Assembly: GCA_004431415.1 (NCBI GenBank)
Contig: QPMI01000483.1
Location: 248,001 to 312,000 of the forward strand
DNA: 64,000 nucleotides
Origin: Cyanophora paradoxa CCMP329
Lineage: Eukaryota > Plantae > Glaucophyta
Reading direction: 5' to 3'
This document shows, one piece after another, positions 60,320 to 64,000 of the stretch. Each line of letters starts with the position of its first letter. Position 1 is the first letter of the stretch. Below the pieces are notes generated by a model. It worked only from the letters and a program-made list of their open reading frames with translations. It did no database searches and was not told the origin of the DNA. Made by a program: the position numbers and the translations under genes.

Positions 60320-63300
60320 ATGGCGTCCGCGCCGATCGTCGGGACGCTGGACGCGCTGGCGCTGAGGTTTCTGCCGAAGACGTATGTGCAGGAGAACCGC
60401 GGCGCCGTGCGGACGATGCTGTATGCGCCGCTGCTGGAGTTCGGGCCGGGCCGCTCGGTGCGTGCGGCGTGAAGCTCACGCGCTGTAGCTATGCTCACTC
60501 GAGCGCTGTGTAGGGCGCTCCGGCCGCAGTGGATGGGGCGCGCGTCTCGTACATGGTCGCCTCCGCTGCTTTCCGCCTTCGCACCCACGGAGCCCAGGAA
60601 GATGCTGATGCACTTGAAGAGCTGAGCGCACGGCTGAGAAGGTGCGCTGCTGTTGAGCGAAGAGCGCGTCCGTCGTCTCACCGTTCGTGTGTTCGTGCAG
60701 TGCTCATTTTCCGCGGCTGCTTCCTGCTAACGAGGCCGATGACGTCCTCTTCCTTCTCCTCTCGCTTGCCAGGGAGCCTGTGCCGCGCTCCGAGGAGAGC
60801 CTCGTTAGGGGCGTCGGGCGAGCGCTCCAAAATCGAAGTGCGTCTTCTGATTTCCCTGCTGCTCTGGATACATGGCGAGCGTGCTGGTCAGGAGCAGCGG
60901 GAACCCCCGACGACGATAAACCAAGAGAATTCAGTGTCTCTGCGTGTGTCGATGACGAGATGGGCTCCACTGGTCTCCCTGGAGCAAGCTACCCCTCACC
61001 CATTGGTCTGGGTTCCCGGAAAACAGGTCTGGCTTCCGACCTCAGCAATCCGATGAATCTAAGCGGCAACAGGAAAATCTCGAATGATAAGAGGAGTGCA
61101 GCCGCTGCCTCATCTCCCAGAACCAGAAGATGAACTCGCGACTCCGCCTCTCATGTTCGATAGTCGGAGCTCAAAGCTCCAAGATTTCGGGCTCGAGCTT
61201 GCATCTCCTCGTCTTGAGTCTTTATCCCAGACAAAGGAGAAAGCTTTGACTGAAAAGCGGTTGCCTGGTCTGACTGAACGGAATGATGATGCACAGTCAA
61301 CCACAGAGTCAAGATCCAAGACTAGTGATGTGAGGAAAACCAGTGACAAGCCGCTTGAGCATGCTGACCGGCCAGCAGAGACCGGCGCATCCGCGGTGGG
61401 AGGAACTTTTGAGCAACTTCCATCTGGCTTCAGACTTGCCAGGGGCCCCTGAAAGTCCTGTTTACATATCTGATGCACCATCCGAAGCCTTCGATGCGCT
61501 TTATCGCCTGTATGCCACTTCCTTTGTTTTACGCTTGGCTCAACTATTAACATGCATTGCTACAGGCACACGAAAAGCTCAGAAGGTCCTAATCCATTTG
61601 TGATCTCTGAGCAAACAGTTATTCAGGTGTGCGCTTTAGTGTGTGCTCTGCGATCATTGTGCCTATATTTGCTGCAGGCTACAATCAACGTATTGCTGGG
61701 TGTTGTGTCGCCTCTCTTTGCGTGGAACGAGACCAAGTACTGTTACGAGCCACATTGCCAAGTTAGGACTCCAACAACCACACCGGCGTCTCTCTCAAGC
61801 ATGCTGGAGGAGTTCAGTCAAGCTGGCTCCTGGGTGAAGAGGCTTGACACACACTCAGACACTCTTCTGAAATCCACCATGCTGTTCGTTTTTTTGACAT
61901 AGTATTCAATTCACGATCATCATTTGAGCTTCCCTGCAGGGGTCGAGTTTCTCAGGCGTTCGCCCAGGCAATTTTGTCGTTTCTAAGACATTTTCGATCA
62001 TCGGTACTCAGCATCCAAGAGCCAGTCCGCCAAAGACGGAGAGAAGAGTTGGACGACGAGTGCTGGTCTTCATGGCTTGACGACGAACTTTCTCCTGTGC
62101 CGTCTGCTCCACATTCAGAACCCAGTTCAACCGATCTGTCTCTTCTAGAATTGTACTCGCACTCAAGGTCGCTTCGGGATCAGCTGGCTACCGTTGCTAC
62201 TCTGTGCCAGTGCACTCGTGAGGTGATCATTTCGCAAATGCCATGCCCTGTTGCTTACCTGACTGACCGAGGTTGCCAGGAATGGACACCCAAGGATGTC
62301 GACAACTTTCCGTCAGGTGGGACATTGTTGGAGCACCTCTTCACATCATCTGCTGTGTGTCTTCTTTGCAACACTGAATCTAGTTTTGCACTAACTTGAT
62401 GCACTTTCCAGGCACTGATAGGGCCATCCGAGCGCCTTGTGTCAAGCATACTACAGAAGTCTTTGCACCCTTATCTTGACATCTTGAATATTTGGCTCTC
62501 CGAGGGAGCATGTGAAGACCCTTTTCAAGATTTCTTCATCATACATGCATGGCGCAATCGACCAGACGAAGGGCACAGACATCCGGACTTCTGGGACTCC
62601 TCATTTCAGGCATGCTTACAATTTGGTCAAAGCGTGTGCCTCGCGTTTGTTTCTAATTTCTTGTGCATCAGCTTGAGCGGTCTCGTCTGCCCAATTTCTT
62701 GCAAGGTGTTGCAGCAGAGATTCTAAGTTGTGGAAAGGCTCTTCGAATTCTTATGCTTCAGAATCGACCTCCTTTAAAATCCAGGCCTCCATTGTCGAAG
62801 GAACCTGCAGCATCGAAGGCGAAGTCAAGAGACAGCAAGCACTTCAATCGCCATCAAGCTTCTGTCGAGTCAGTTAAGTTGGGGAGGCCACGTCATCCAG
62901 TGTCGTTGAAAACAGACATGCCTTCGAAGCTGGAAGCTGTGCAAGAAGAGAAAGCAACGTTTCAAGTGCAGCAGAGTCAACCGTTGCCCGTGAGGACACA
63001 TCAGACATCCGTGCAAGCAAGCATCTCAGTCGAGGAGGAGCAAAAGAAGCATGACCCAGCAATTGTAGAGCTTGTGAAGTCGCAGGTCTGCATCCAGCTG
63101 GCACTCGCCTGTTTTTGGCTCACTCTTCAACAGATCATTTCCGAGTATTCAGAGAAGATCAATAAACTCGAGATGAGGGCTCGGAAAGCGAGATGGAGAA
63201 AGAACAGGATTGAGCACAAGCCACGTCTGAAAGAACTGTTGCACAGGGAGCATGAAGTCTTGAAGGTGAGGAATATGTTGCACTCTGCTATTATGCCATG

Positions 63301-64000
63301 ATTTTAATTATCGACCTTGCTGTTTTCGCAGGCTGAGCTGCAGGGCGAGCTTAGACAGGCTGAGCAAGCTGGGCAAGCAGCAGCCATTTCCAATTTACTG
63401 GCAGTGCTGGGCTTGCTTGACGATCAGCCAATCCCCGAAAGTGACAGGACGGATGTCAATCCTGGTGATGTTTCTGCAGTATCAGGTCTTTCTACAGAGG
63501 AGGAGGATGCTCAGGCGGAGCAGTCTCCTGACGCAACCACTTCATCTCAACATGCAGTTTTGGATGCCCCACATGCTGGAGAGGATGTTGGTATGCCAGC
63601 TACCTCGAATTCTTCAGATGTGGAGAAACGAGGCACACAACCCCTCCATGTGCATTCAGCAGATGATGAACGAGAAAGACAAACTGTTCATGTCGAAGAA
63701 GCAACAGACAATGTTGTTCCAGTGATGGCAACAAATGAAGAAGCTCAGCAAGACGATCACATAGATGCAGAGTCCGTCAGCGTTGAATCACACTCGTCTT
63801 TTGGAGACAACGACTTGCGAGACGCGGACCAAGTTGATGATGCTGTTCGAACACAAGAAGACTCAGCTGTTTCTTCTGTGAAGCCAGAACCAGCGAGCGC
63901 CATGGGAGTGGTTTGCCTGATCCCTGCAAAATCCATCGCATTTTCTGCGCCTCTAAGAATGTTCAATTCATGCAGGAAGACACAGCATACTCTCTCACGG
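60320..64000 (+). CDS. TUBGCP6: Gamma-tubulin complex component, GCP6-like, 5' part; continues beyond the window
   Basis: GRIP1 motifs ISEQTVIQATINVLLGVVSPLF, QAFAQAILSFL, LSLLELY, FPSGGTLLEHL, HPYLDILNIWLSEGACEDPFQDFFI and LPNFLQGVAAEILSCGKALRIL. These are followed by a coiled coil (EYSEKINKLEMRARKARWRKNR) and a long acidic insertion typical of GCP6. Confidence 0.85.

Noticed and set aside
50541-64000. Functional cluster of replication/repair/cell-division genes (CHD1L, PRIM2, GCP6)
   Set aside because: They are interspersed with trafficking genes, consistent with ordinary compact gene order.

Overview
Eukaryotic, intron-dense nuclear DNA from a flagellated protist or alga: introns are mostly about 50-75 nt with CTGAC-like branch points. 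The style is reminiscent of a glaucophyte such as Cyanophora, but that is only a guess. Gene order: axonemal dynein intermediate chain DNAI1 (-, runs off the left edge), head-to-head with eIF3b (+); a single ~40-kb gene with ~45 introns (+, 5300-45300) encoding an estimated ~12,000-aa type-I membrane protein; a repeat-rich 5-kb interval containing a 219-bp tandem repeat, two inverted-repeat-bounded segments and an orphan Cys/His-rich gene; CHD1L/ALC1 (-); Kish-B/TMEM167B (+); coatomer zeta (+); primase large subunit PRIM2 (-), head-to-head with gamma-tubulin complex GCP6 (+, runs off the right edge). The giant protein has a signal peptide, ~8,000 aa of GCC2/GCC3-type Cys repeats with near-identical 804-bp internal duplications, an RRxLL site, one TM helix, ~21 helical repeats of ~137 aa and a degenerate zincin-like tail. 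Most notable: (1) the giant receptor-like protein; (2) the longer intergenic spacers are saturated with overlapping short perfect palindromes, and one tandem repeat appears to capture palindromes being gained; (3) roughly 10% of introns use GC donors; (4) an intron is present in some internal repeat copies and absent from another, in a mosaic suggesting gene conversion. All exon boundaries and counts were read by eye.
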